Positions 40,585 through 50,480 of a stretch of DNA of 59,459 nt are shown piece by piece. Location of the stretch: assembly GCA_038241205.1 (NCBI GenBank), contig JBBRFY010000001.1, positions 1-59,459 on the forward strand, given 5' to 3'. A program made the translations under genes and the position numbers. Position 1 is the first letter of the stretch. Each line of letters begins with the position of its first letter. The stretch comes from Cytophagales bacterium. GTDB lineage: Bacteria; Bacteroidota; Bacteroidia; Cytophagales; Cyclobacteriaceae. Under the pieces are notes generated by a model. That model ran no database searches. It was not told the DNA's origin and saw nothing but the letters and a program-made list of their open reading frames with translations.

Positions 40585-40900
40585 TCTTGCCTAAAGCACA
40601 TGGTTATAATACACCCGAGAACTATTTGCTTTAGCCCACGAGCACTAAAGCATAATTAACATGAACAAAATACAAGATAAAACATCATCGCTCAAGCATG
40701 TGAACTATAACTACAGGTTTAAACCCATGACCATGTTAAAAAAATTTCGGATTGAGTACTAAAGTATAATCAAGATGAACACAATACCAGACCAAACATC
40801 AATCGCCAAAGCACTCGAAATATAAATATAACCACAGGCTTTAGCCTGTGGCCAAGTAAAAAAATATTCCGGGCTTTAGCCCACTTGCCTAAAGCCCAAC
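40585..40900. repeat. Degenerate tandem ~115-120-bp units with GGCTTTAGCC REP-like palindromes
   Basis: TAAAG(C/T)ATAAT..A.ATGAACA.AATAC.AGA at ~40646 and ~40760; CCACAGGC-TTTA-GCCTGTGG and GGGCTTTAG...CTAAAGCCC hairpins. Confidence 0.7.
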
Positions 40901-40904
40901 CAAA

Positions 40905-41861
40905 ATGAACGCAATTCCAAACAAAAACTCAATCACTCAAGCTCACGAAAGAATAAAATCCTATATCCATCACACACCGGTTATGACATCAGCAGGTGTT
41001 GATGAGATGGCAGAATGCAAACTCTTCTTTAAATGCGAAAACTTTCAGAAGGTAGGCGCATTCAAATCGCGTGGCGCAATGAATGCTGCACTTTTACTTT
41101 CTCCCGAACAAAGAGCAAAAGGAATTGCAACACATTCATCGGGCAATCACGCTCAGGCTATTGCACGCGCTGCGCAAATCCTTGGCGTCAAAGCATACAT
41201 TGTAATGCCGAGCACTGCTCCAGAAATAAAAAAACGTGGTGTGCGTGGCTACGGTGGAGAAATTTTTGAATGTGAACCAACCTTAGCTGCGAGAGAATCT
41301 ACCTTAGCAGAAGTTGTTAAGAAAACAGGAGCAAGTGAAATACATCCCTTCAATAATTATGATGTGATCGCTGGTCAGGGCACAGCGGCTAAAGAATTAT
41401 TTGAAGAAATAAGTGACCTTGATATCATTGTAGTACCCGTTGGTGGTGGTGGTTTGTTGAGCGGAACAGCATTGGCAACAAAATATTTTTCGCCAGCAAC
41501 AATGGTACTCGCTGCAGAACCCGCGGGCGCTGACGATACGTATCGCTCCATGCAAAGTGGAAAGATTGAACCATCACAATCCAACTCGATTGCAGACGGA
41601 TTGCTTACTACCTTAGGCGATAAGACATTTCCAATTATTCGTGAAAATGTTAAAGAAGTAATTACGGTAACGGATGAAGAGATTATTGCAGCTATGCGAA
41701 TAATTTGGGAACGAATGAAGATTATTGTTGAACCTTCATGTGCTGTGCCTCTTGCTGCAGTGATGACTGCGAAAGAAAAATTCAAAGACAAACGCGTGGG
41801 TATTATTCTGACGGGCGGAAATGTTGATCTTGAGAAGGTCGGTAAACTTTTTATTTCGTAA
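40905..41861 (+). CDS. PLP-dependent serine/threonine dehydratase or serine racemase-like enzyme
   Basis: FKCENFQKVGAFKSRGA, SSGNHAQ, PVGGGGL, VEPS, TGGNVD. Confidence 0.92.
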   Translation: MNAIPNKNSITQAHERIKSYIHHTPVMTSAGVDEMAECKLFFKCENFQKVGAFKSRGAMNAALLLSPEQRAKGIATHSSGNHAQAIARAAQILGVKAYIVMPSTAPEIKKRGVRGYGGEIFECEPTLAARESTLAEVVKKTGASEIHPFNNYDVIAGQGTAAKELFEEISDLDIIVVPVGGGGLLSGTALATKYFSPATMVLAAEPAGADDTYRSMQSGKIEPSQSNSIADGLLTTLGDKTFPIIRENVKEVITVTDEEIIAAMRIIWERMKIIVEPSCAVPLAAVMTAKEKFKDKRVGIILTGGNVDLEKVGKLFIS

Positions 41862-41932
41862 GTCTATTGGGAACAAGAAAATATTGAAAATCTTGAGTCA
41901 ATAAAAATCTCCGCGCCAGTGTATTGCAAAAG

Positions 41933-41976
41933 AATCTCGATCAGCGTTCCAACAATTGGCAACACCGACCGAGATT
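41933..41976 (-). terminator. Hairpin between convergent genes, probable terminator of the M1 peptidase operon
   Basis: Minus strand AATCTCGGTCGGTGTTGCCAA-TTG-TTGGAACGCTGATCGAGATT followed by CTTTT. Confidence 0.55.
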
Positions 41977-42010
41977 AAAATTTAACGTTAAAAGTTAACG
42001 CAATATCTTT

Positions 42011-44254
42011 CTAATTTCCTTTCTTAAACTGATCAAACTTTGAGTCCGCAGCTTTCTTTGGAAAAGAATTGTTGGTCATCTCTACATCGCCTAACTCAAA
42101 ATTCGGATCAAGCAAAATGTTCGTTACCTCTTTGTCTTTCACAAATACCTTTGTGATTTCAGTTTCATTTATTCTCCATATTTCAGCCGGTATGCGTTCG
42201 ATTTCTTTTGATCCATCCTTAAATGTCCATTCAATAACAAGCGGTGTTACCAAGCCGCCTACATTTTTAAATTTAACCTGGTAGATGTTTTTACCTATCA
42301 ATTCTTTTCGAATCTTATTATCGTCTGAACGACTTGTGAATTCACCATAGAAGCGTTCATCTGTATTGTTGACCGTAAACTCTTTTGGGCCTTTACTAAA
42401 ATCAGTTGCTTCGCCATCTGCTTTCGCTGAAAGATCTCCAGTTTTCACTTTCACATTTTTCTTTTCAGGATCTTTTTGTTGCGAACGCATGGTAAACCAT
42501 TTCACATCTGCAACCTCCACATCTACATTGTCAGTTGTATAAAACCACCCTCTCCAAAACCAATCTAAGTCAACGGCAGATGCATCTTCCATCGTGCGGA
42601 AAAAGTCTGCCGGCTTTGGTTGTTTAAAAGCCCAACGTTGCGCATATTCTTTAAATGCTTTGTCAAATAATTCTTTGCCCATTACTGTTTCGCGCAAAAG
42701 CGTTAGCGCTGCTGATGGTTTTGAATATCCATTTGCACCAAACTCGCTGTTGCGTATGTTATCCGACATGGACATGATAGGCCGCATCTGACTTTTCTCT
42801 CCCTTCATAAAAGAGGTAATCGACTTTGGCATTCCGCGTGTGTAATTCAATTCCGGATAACGCTCTTGAATTGTTTCTTTATCTAAGAATGAATTCAAAC
42901 CTTCGTCCATCCATGTCCACTGACGCTCATCGCTGTTCACAATCATAGGGAAAAAGTTATGCCCTACTTCGTGCACAATAACATGAATCATTCCGAGAAG
43001 CGTTTGTTGAGAAAACGTTCCGTCTTTGTTCGGGCGACCGCCATTGAAACAAATCATTGGATACTCCATACCATGATTTGCAGTATGAACAGAATACGCA
43101 ACCGGATATGGATAATCAATAGTACGTTGTGAATACACTTCTAAAGTATTCTTGATGGCACGAGTGGATTCTTTGCCCCAAAGTGGATTACCTTCTTTTG
43201 GATACAACGACATGGCCATTGGATTTTTATCACCAATTTTTACAGCCATAGCATCCCAAATAAATTTTCGTGAGTGTGTAAATGCAAAGTCGCGTACATT
43301 CTCAGCATAAAATTCCCAAGTCTTCTTTGCTGTCGATTTTGTTTTTTCTTTTTGAGTTGCTTCTTCCTGCGTTACAATTAATACTGGTGTATCAAATGTT
43401 TTCTTTGCTTTCTCATAGCGCTCCAGTTGTTCTTTGCTCAGCACCTCTTTTGGATTTTGAATACTGCCGGTTGCACCAACAATATGATCTGCTGGCACAG
43501 TGATGCGCACACGATAGTTTCCAAACGTTAATGCAAATTCACCCTGACCTAAGAATTGTTTATTCTGCCAGCCTTCATAATCATCGAACACACACATGCG
43601 TGGAAACCATTGAGCAAACGTATAGATGTAGTTTCTGTCTTCCGGAAAAAACTCAAACCCTCCACGGCCATTAAACAACTGCCGATCGTATTCGGTGTAA
43701 CTCCAGTCTATTGCGAACACAAATTTTTCACCGCTCTTAAGAGGAGCCGCAAGATCAATTCGCATCATTGTATTGTTCACGATGTAAGGAAGTTTTTTAC
43801 CAGCAGCATCTTTTACTGATGCAAGCGTATATCCACCTTTATATTCTGAATCTTTTATTCCTGATACTCTGCCTAAAAATGCTGCGGGCACAGAATCGCG
43901 AATAGAACCCGTGCGGCTTTGATCCGTCATGTTGTTATCAGCAAAAATATTCTGATCGAGTTGAAGCCATAAGTATGTTAAAGGCTCAGGCGAATTATTG
44001 AAATAGGTAATCGTTTCAGAGCCTTTCAACAATTGGTTGGTATCGTCAACCTCAACATTAATAACATAATCAGCACGCTGTTGCCAGTAGTTTGGGCCTG
44101 GTGCGCCAGAGCCTGTGCGATAGCTATTTGGCGTTGGCAATGTTTGACCAAGTTGTTCAAATTTTCCTTGCCATGCAGGCGTTTGAGGTTGGGTTTGTGC
44201 AATGGCATTCAGCGCTAGCAGAATGATGCAAAGTAAAGTGTATGTGCGTTTCAT
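42011..44254 (-). CDS. Exported M1 family zinc aminopeptidase (paralogue 2)
   Basis: GMEYP, HEVGH(18)E; signal peptide from MKRTYTLL. Confidence 0.93.
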   Translation of the reverse strand: MKRTYTLLCIILLALNAIAQTQPQTPAWQGKFEQLGQTLPTPNSYRTGSGAPGPNYWQQRADYVINVEVDDTNQLLKGSETITYFNNSPEPLTYLWLQLDQNIFADNNMTDQSRTGSIRDSVPAAFLGRVSGIKDSEYKGGYTLASVKDAAGKKLPYIVNNTMMRIDLAAPLKSGEKFVFAIDWSYTEYDRQLFNGRGGFEFFPEDRNYIYTFAQWFPRMCVFDDYEGWQNKQFLGQGEFALTFGNYRVRITVPADHIVGATGSIQNPKEVLSKEQLERYEKAKKTFDTPVLIVTQEEATQKEKTKSTAKKTWEFYAENVRDFAFTHSRKFIWDAMAVKIGDKNPMAMSLYPKEGNPLWGKESTRAIKNTLEVYSQRTIDYPYPVAYSVHTANHGMEYPMICFNGGRPNKDGTFSQQTLLGMIHVIVHEVGHNFFPMIVNSDERQWTWMDEGLNSFLDKETIQERYPELNYTRGMPKSITSFMKGEKSQMRPIMSMSDNIRNSEFGANGYSKPSAALTLLRETVMGKELFDKAFKEYAQRWAFKQPKPADFFRTMEDASAVDLDWFWRGWFYTTDNVDVEVADVKWFTMRSQQKDPEKKNVKVKTGDLSAKADGEATDFSKGPKEFTVNNTDERFYGEFTSRSDDNKIRKELIGKNIYQVKFKNVGGLVTPLVIEWTFKDGSKEIERIPAEIWRINETEITKVFVKDKEVTNILLDPNFELGDVEMTNNSFPKKAADSKFDQFKKGN

Positions 44255-44322
44255 AGATAGTTGATCGTTGTTTGTTGCATTGTAAGAAATCAAAAATTAT
44301 ATTCTAAATCTTGAAAGTTTAC

Positions 44323-44358
44323 GCCTCCTTTTCCCTCAGAGAAGGGTTGGGGATGAGG
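44323..44358. repeat. Short GC-rich REP-like hairpin between the M1 paralogues
   Basis: GCCTCCTTTTCCCTCAGAGAAGGGTTGGGGATGAGG. Confidence 0.55.
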
Positions 44359-44359
44359 T

Positions 44360-46591
44360 CTATTTTTTCTTTTTAAAATCGTCAAATTTGGAAGGAACGT
44401 CAACGACTTTTGGAAATACATTATCCTTTGTATTGACGTCTGTAAGTTCGTGATTTGGATCAAGAAGAATATTCGTTACCTCTTTTGTCTTTACAAATAC
44501 TTTCGTGATTTTAGTTTCATTAATACGCCATACTTCCGCAGGAATGTGCTCCGTTTCTTTTGAACCATCTTTAAATGTCCATTCAATAATAACGGGCAGA
44601 ACTAAACCACCTTTATTAGACAAGGTAACTTCGTAAATATTCTTTCCTGTCAGACTATTGACAATACCTTTATCATCAACACTGCTTAAAAACTCGCCTC
44701 TATAACGTGGATCAGTCGGTACTACACTAAACGGTTGTGGCCCACTGTTAAAATTGTCATACTTCTTTTCATCCGCTTTTGCTGAGAGGTCGCCTTTTGA
44801 TGTTCCTACCGATTTCCTTTCAGGATCAGAATTTTCACTGCGAAGTGTAAACCACTTTACCTGATCGATGGATTGATCGCAATTATCGATTGTATAAAAC
44901 CAACCTCTCCAAAACCAATCAAGATCAACAGCCGATGCATCTTCCATGGTACGGAAAAAATCGGCTGGCATCGGATGTTTGAATGCCCAACGGTTGGCGT
45001 ATTCTTTAAATGATTTATCAAAAAGATCTTTGCCCATAATAGTTTCGCGCAACATGTATAAACCGGTTGCAGCTTTTTGATATTGCTCTGCACCAAACTG
45101 TACAACTTGTTCTGAGTTTGTCATGAGTGGGCGTTGTAAACTTTTATCGCCCTTCATATATCCAACTAATGATTGCGGCTGCCCACGTGTAAATTCATCT
45201 TTTGGGTAACGCTCCATTTCTGTTACAAGCTGCACGAAACTGTTAATACCTTCGTCCATCCAAGTCCACTGACGTTCATCGTTGTTGATGATCATCGGGA
45301 AAAAATTATGTCCTACTTCATGTACAATTACGCCAATCATGCTAAGGCGTTTCTGCACACTAAACGTTCCGTCTTTATTCGGCCTTCCTCTGTTAAAACA
45401 AATCATCGGATACTCCATACCTTGATCGGCAGCGTGCACGGATATGGCTACCGGGTAAGGATAATCGATGGTCATGCGTGAGTAAACTTCAATAGCATTC
45501 TTCACCGCATTAGTCGATTCTTTTTCCCAAAGCGGATTACCTTCCTTTGGATAATACGACATCGCCAACGGAGTCTTGTTTCCTATTTTTACGGCTTGCG
45601 CATCCCAAATAAATTTTCGTGAAGTAGCAAAAGCAAAATCGCGAACATTAGTGGCGTGAAATTCCCACGTCTTCTTTTCTGTTGATTTTGTTTTCTCTTT
45701 CTTAATTACCGCTTCTTGCGTAACAATAATAATTGGTTTGTCAAAACTGGTTTTTGCTTTTTCAAAACGTTGAATTTCGGTTGCTGTCAAAACGTCTTTT
45801 GGATTTTGAAGCGATCCGGTTGCGCCAACAATGTGATCAGCCGGAACAGTAATCTTTACTTTATAATCCCCGAAAGGGAGCGCAAACTCCCCTCGTCCTA
45901 AAAATTGTTTGTTCTGCCAGCCATTCACATCATCAAACACGCACATGCGTGGAAACCATTGTGCAATTACATACGAGTAATTTCCATCTTCAGGAAAATA
46001 CTCAAATTGCGTGCGCTCGGGAGCAGTCATGCCATCGTTAATATTATAACGCCACTCAATGTTAAACGAATACTTTTGACCAGCCAATAAAGGTTGCGGC
46101 AAATCAACCCGCATCATGGTGTAGTTAATTGTGTAAGGCAATGCTTTTCCACTGATGTCTTTTATTGATTTGATTTTAAATCCGCCATCAAAATCGTATA
46201 GACCAAGCGTACCGGAAATTGTTTTTGCTGCTAAAGAATCAACAAGTGTATTGGTTGCAATTTTTCCGGTGTTGTTGCCTTTCGACTGATTATTTTGATC
46301 AAGTTGAAGCCAAAGGTATTTTAATGTTTCGGGCGAGTTATTGGTATAGGTAATGGTTTCTGAACCCGTAACCGTTTGGTTCTGATCATTGAGCTCAACA
46401 CTGATTACATAATCTGCTTTTTGTTGCCAGTACTTCGGGCCTGGTGCTCCTGCTCCAGTTCTATATTCATTTGGTGTTGGTAGCGTTTGGCCAAGTTGCT
46501 CAAACTTTCCTTGCCAATTGGGCGCAGTAGTTTGTTGTGCAACTGAGGTAATTGAAATGATTGCGAAAAGAAGAATGTAAAATACTCTCAT
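44360..46591 (-). CDS. Exported M1 family zinc aminopeptidase (paralogue 1)
   Basis: GMEYP, HEVGH(18)E; signal peptide. Confidence 0.93.
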   Translation of the reverse strand: MRVFYILLFAIISITSVAQQTTAPNWQGKFEQLGQTLPTPNEYRTGAGAPGPKYWQQKADYVISVELNDQNQTVTGSETITYTNNSPETLKYLWLQLDQNNQSKGNNTGKIATNTLVDSLAAKTISGTLGLYDFDGGFKIKSIKDISGKALPYTINYTMMRVDLPQPLLAGQKYSFNIEWRYNINDGMTAPERTQFEYFPEDGNYSYVIAQWFPRMCVFDDVNGWQNKQFLGRGEFALPFGDYKVKITVPADHIVGATGSLQNPKDVLTATEIQRFEKAKTSFDKPIIIVTQEAVIKKEKTKSTEKKTWEFHATNVRDFAFATSRKFIWDAQAVKIGNKTPLAMSYYPKEGNPLWEKESTNAVKNAIEVYSRMTIDYPYPVAISVHAADQGMEYPMICFNRGRPNKDGTFSVQKRLSMIGVIVHEVGHNFFPMIINNDERQWTWMDEGINSFVQLVTEMERYPKDEFTRGQPQSLVGYMKGDKSLQRPLMTNSEQVVQFGAEQYQKAATGLYMLRETIMGKDLFDKSFKEYANRWAFKHPMPADFFRTMEDASAVDLDWFWRGWFYTIDNCDQSIDQVKWFTLRSENSDPERKSVGTSKGDLSAKADEKKYDNFNSGPQPFSVVPTDPRYRGEFLSSVDDKGIVNSLTGKNIYEVTLSNKGGLVLPVIIEWTFKDGSKETEHIPAEVWRINETKITKVFVKTKEVTNILLDPNHELTDVNTKDNVFPKVVDVPSKFDDFKKKK

Positions 46592-46607
46592 AAAAAAAGT
46601 TTACGGT

Positions 46608-47201
46608 TTACTTTATCCAATACATGTTATCTTTTATTAAGATGAGCGCAATGCCCGCAATGGCGGAAGAGATTACCATCTTCCAATCTCTGCGATCTAG
46701 GTTCAATAAATCAACCAGAATAAAACTTGCCATCATAAAAATTCCAACAATAACCAATTGTCCAAATTCAAGACCGAGATTAAAAGAAAACAGTTGGGTA
46801 AAAATCGATTTGTCTCTACCTAAAATAGAGCGCAGGTAATTTGAAAATCCTAAACCATGAATCAAACCAAAAAATGCAGCGTAGAAATAATTGATCTTCG
46901 TGCTGCTGCCTGAAAGATTGTTTTCATTTCGAAATAAATTAGAAAATGCCGTTATAAAAATTGTAAGCGGAATTAAAAATTCAATCAACTGCGCATTCAC
47001 GTTTACAATTCGCAAAGTAGAAAGTGCTAATGTTATGGAATGACCAATGGTAAAAGCAGTGATGAGCAAGAGTACTTTTCTCCAATCGCGCGAAAGGTAA
47101 AGTGCGCACAAGGCAACTACGAATAAGATATGATCATACCCATTCTTATAATCCAGAATGTGATCTTTGCCAAGGCCAAAATAGAGTTGAAATTCAGTCA
47201 T
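46608..47201 (-). CDS. HupE/UreJ family membrane protein
   Basis: GYDHILF, TAFTIGHSITL, FGLIHGLGF, FNLGLEFGQ. Confidence 0.92.
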   Translation of the reverse strand: MTEFQLYFGLGKDHILDYKNGYDHILFVVALCALYLSRDWRKVLLLITAFTIGHSITLALSTLRIVNVNAQLIEFLIPLTIFITAFSNLFRNENNLSGSSTKINYFYAAFFGLIHGLGFSNYLRSILGRDKSIFTQLFSFNLGLEFGQLVIVGIFMMASFILVDLLNLDRRDWKMVISSAIAGIALILIKDNMYWIK

Positions 47202-47325
47202 CGTTTATAATCCAATTTGTAATAATAGGCGAATAATCGAATTTAGTAAGAAGGCTTTTGATGAGTATATCCCGTACTATGATAATCGGCAAAATAAAGT
47301 ACGATTTTCCAGTTACGATTCCATC

Positions 47326-48558
47326 TCAAATATCCACTTCAATTTGTTTGCGAAGAATGTCATCCAAATTTTCGCGTTCGCGGATAAGTTTGGCGTCACC
47401 ATTTATCACCAATACTTCTGCCGGCCTAAACCTCGAGTTGTAATTAGACGCCATTGAAAACCCATATGCTCCTGCATTTTTAAACGCCAGAATATCGCCT
47501 TCTTTTACGATACTTAATTCACGATCAGAACCAAAGGTATCGGTCTCGCAGATGTAGCCCACCACAGTGTACACTTTTGTTTCGCCTTTGGTGTTTGAAA
47601 CATTTACAATGTGATGATATGCGTCATACATCATCGGTCTAATTAAATGATTCAACCCTGAGTTTACGGTAACAAAGGTAATGGCAGGAGTTTCTTTCAC
47701 TATGCTTGCCGTTGCGAGAAACGTTCCAGCTTCACTCACAATAAATTTTCCGGGTTCAATCCACAACTCAAGTTTTCTGCCATACGATTCACAAAACGCA
47801 TTGAACGCATCGGTTAATTTTTTTCCAAGTTCCAAAACATTTGTTACTATATCGCCTTCTTTGTACGCTACCTTAAAGCCACTGCCAAAATCGATAAAGG
47901 TAATGTCTGGAAAATCTTTTGCTGTGTTGAATAATACATGTGCTGTTTTTAAAAACGCTTCTGTTTCTTTTATATCGGAACCGGTGTGAATGTGAAAACC
48001 TTTCACTTGAATTTTATAACGACTGACAATGTCTTTAATCTGATCAAGTTGAAGAACCGATATTCCGAATTTTGAATTGCCATGACCCGTTGAAATTTTA
48101 ATATTTCCGCCAGCCATGATGTTTGGGTTCAGGCGAATGCCGCATGGATAATTACAGCCATACTTTTTTCCGAATTTTTCAAGTACCGAAAGGTTATCAA
48201 GATTGATAGAAAATCCCTGTGTTACTCCTTCTTCAATTTCAGAAAAGTCAACACCACTTGGCGTGAATAAAATTTCAGATGAGGTAAACCCTGCACGTAA
48301 TGCTAACTGCGCTTCCTGTGGTGACACCACTTCAATACCTACGCCTTGTTTACGTACAAACTTTAAAATGGAAATATTGGTAAGCGCTTTTGCGGCATAT
48401 TTAATTTTTAGGTCGGCACCAGCGTAGGCAAGTTTTAAGGTGTTAATCTGCTCCGCAATTTTAGCGCTGTCATATACATAAAGCGGTGTTCCAAACTGTT
48501 CGGCAATTTGGGTAACGGCTAAACCCTGAATGGTGTAATTTTCTGCTGATTGTTCCAT
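47326..48558 (-). CDS. lysA: Diaminopimelate decarboxylase
   Basis: YAAKAL, SKFG, HIHTGS, EPGKF, CETD, GAYGFSMASNYN. Confidence 0.95.
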   Translation of the reverse strand: MEQSAENYTIQGLAVTQIAEQFGTPLYVYDSAKIAEQINTLKLAYAGADLKIKYAAKALTNISILKFVRKQGVGIEVVSPQEAQLALRAGFTSSEILFTPSGVDFSEIEEGVTQGFSINLDNLSVLEKFGKKYGCNYPCGIRLNPNIMAGGNIKISTGHGNSKFGISVLQLDQIKDIVSRYKIQVKGFHIHTGSDIKETEAFLKTAHVLFNTAKDFPDITFIDFGSGFKVAYKEGDIVTNVLELGKKLTDAFNAFCESYGRKLELWIEPGKFIVSEAGTFLATASIVKETPAITFVTVNSGLNHLIRPMMYDAYHHIVNVSNTKGETKVYTVVGYICETDTFGSDRELSIVKEGDILAFKNAGAYGFSMASNYNSRFRPAEVLVINGDAKLIRERENLDDILRKQIEVDI

Positions 48559-48574
48559 GCTAAATTAAAAACGG

Positions 48575-48630
48575 CAAATATAGAATGCCTGAAGGTAATT
48601 CTAACTTCTTGCTTGTTAATTCTATTTTTG
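48575..48630. promoter_or_regulatory. Divergent Bacteroidota promoters (lysA / esterase)
   Basis: TATATTTG on the minus strand (48575-48582) and TATTTTTG on the plus strand (48623-48630). Confidence 0.6.
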
Positions 48631-48634
48631 CCTT

Positions 48635-49402
48635 ATGAAACTACATTTTCGAGAATACGGGGAAGGCCAGCCCTTCGTTATTTTACATGGGTTGTTTGGC
48701 TCGTCTGATAACTGGTTAACACAAGCCAAACTTTTTGCTCCGCATTATAAAGTTTACAACATAGATCTACGAAACCATGGTCTTTCTCCCCACAGCGATG
48801 ATTTTGATTATCGCGTTATGGCAGATGATGTGTTGGAATTTATCGAGGATCATCAATTGAAAGACGCCATTGTTATGGGGCATTCTATGGGCGGGAAAAC
48901 CGCTATGAATTTTGCCGTTGCGCACCCCGAAAAACTCAGCAAATTAATCGTTGTCGATATTGCTCCGCGAGCGTATAATCTGGAACATTATACCATTGCT
49001 GAAGGATTGAAAGCAATTGATCTTGAAACACTTTCATCGCGCAACGATGCTGATGATGCCCTTTCAAAATATGTTGACGAGGCAGGCGTGCGCCAGTTTC
49101 TTTTAAAGAATTTACAACGGAAACCAGAAGGCGGATTTTCTTGGAAAATAAACCTAAAGGTAATTAGTGAGAAGCTAAGCAACGTGGGGTTTGACTTGCA
49201 ATACAAAGGTAAATTTGAAAAGCCTACCTTATTTATTCATGGCAAGCGATCGAACTATGTAACAGAAAAAGATTGGCCGCGCATTACCGAAGTATTTCCC
49301 AACGCTATTTTAGAAACTCTGGATACTGGCCATTGGGTTCAAGCCGAAAAGCCACAGGAATTTGTTGATGTGGTAAGTAAATGGTTACGTAAATATAACT
49401 AA
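48635..49402 (+). CDS. YbfF/ABHD11-like alpha/beta esterase
   Basis: LHGLFGSSDNW, DLRNHG, GHSMGGK, VDIAP, GHWVQAE. Confidence 0.92.
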   Translation: MKLHFREYGEGQPFVILHGLFGSSDNWLTQAKLFAPHYKVYNIDLRNHGLSPHSDDFDYRVMADDVLEFIEDHQLKDAIVMGHSMGGKTAMNFAVAHPEKLSKLIVVDIAPRAYNLEHYTIAEGLKAIDLETLSSRNDADDALSKYVDEAGVRQFLLKNLQRKPEGGFSWKINLKVISEKLSNVGFDLQYKGKFEKPTLFIHGKRSNYVTEKDWPRITEVFPNAILETLDTGHWVQAEKPQEFVDVVSKWLRKYN

Positions 49403-49492
49403 AATTGAAAATTGAATAACACAGAAAACGCAAATGCATCAAAGAAAAAATAATGCCCGCTTGGACTTTATTTTTGCGGTGTCATCATTGAG

Positions 49493-49612
49493 CTACCATA
49501 AGGACGTTCCTCTGGAACTTTTAGATGCAAAAATTCCGTAAAACAAAATCCCGTAGGATGACCTCACGGTAGAAAAATAGAAACGCAAAATCCCGTAGGG
49601 ATGATCTTATCG
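49493..49612. repeat. REP-like short-hairpin cluster (TCCCGTAGGGA family)
   Basis: CAAAATCCCGTAGG(G)ATGA at 49544 and 49586, plus an inverted diverged copy at 49493-49520; related to copies at 58871-58945. Confidence 0.65.
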
Positions 49613-49631
49613 TTGTAAGTAAATAAGTAAA

Positions 49632-49704
49632 TAAAGAAAGTCGTGCCACCGTTTAAAGCAGAGGCACGACTAGAAAATAAAAACCCCACCAGTTCTGGCA
49701 GGGC
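49632..49704 (-). terminator. Two tandem Rho-independent terminators after lemA
   Basis: Minus strand GCCCTGCCAG-AA-CTGGTGGGG-TTTTT and AGTCGTGCC...GGCACGACT-TTCTTT. Confidence 0.7.
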
Positions 49705-49745
49705 CTCTCTAATTGCAAGCAGAGAGTACTAGTTTTAAATTACTT

Positions 49746-50324
49746 TTAGAATTCTACTTTGGGTGCTTTGTCAGAACCTTCTGCGGCTTCAAATCCTTTT
49801 CTTGCGCTAAAGTCTTCACCACCACCAAACCAATTCAACGCCATCTTTTTAAAGTATCCTCTTACATACGAATTGTAATTTTGGATAGACGCATTATACC
49901 GTTGGCGCGCAACATTAATTCTGTTCTCTGTTCCCTCAAGTTGAGATTGCAGATCTTGAAAATTTTCTGTTGAACGAATTTGAGGATACGCTTCAAACGC
50001 CAGGTTTATAGCCGTGTTAATTCTACGGCCCGCAATCTCAAGATCTTCTGGTGTTTTAGCACCCACTATTCCGGCACGTGCTTGCGTAACTTCCGTTAAT
50101 ATTCCTCGCTCATTTTCTGCAGCACCTTTTACAGTGGCCACAAGACTAGGAATCAAATCTGCTCTGCGCTGATAGGCCGCCTGTACATCGGCAAACTCAG
50201 CATTTACACCTTCTTGTAGTTTTACAGAACTATCGTAAACACCTGTTCCCCACGAAACAAATGAAAAAACAATAACTGCAATAATTCCAATCACTACTAA
50301 TGCGGTAATTAATCCTTTGCTCAT
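49746..50324 (-). CDS. lemA: LemA family protein
   Basis: YQRRADLIP.LV, EAYPQI, LEGTENRINVARQRYN. Confidence 0.93.
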   Translation of the reverse strand: MSKGLITALVVIGIIAVIVFSFVSWGTGVYDSSVKLQEGVNAEFADVQAAYQRRADLIPSLVATVKGAAENERGILTEVTQARAGIVGAKTPEDLEIAGRRINTAINLAFEAYPQIRSTENFQDLQSQLEGTENRINVARQRYNASIQNYNSYVRGYFKKMALNWFGGGEDFSARKGFEAAEGSDKAPKVEF

Positions 50325-50480
50325 AATGGTTGTTTAATTTAAAACGAAGTTACTTAAAATATACAAATTGAAAATAATCTGTTATCCAAACCCATAAGGC
50401 TTTATAACATGGTAAAATCTATTTTACAAAATCTTTCCTTTCAACGAACAAAAATAAGAATAGTTCACACCATTATACCG

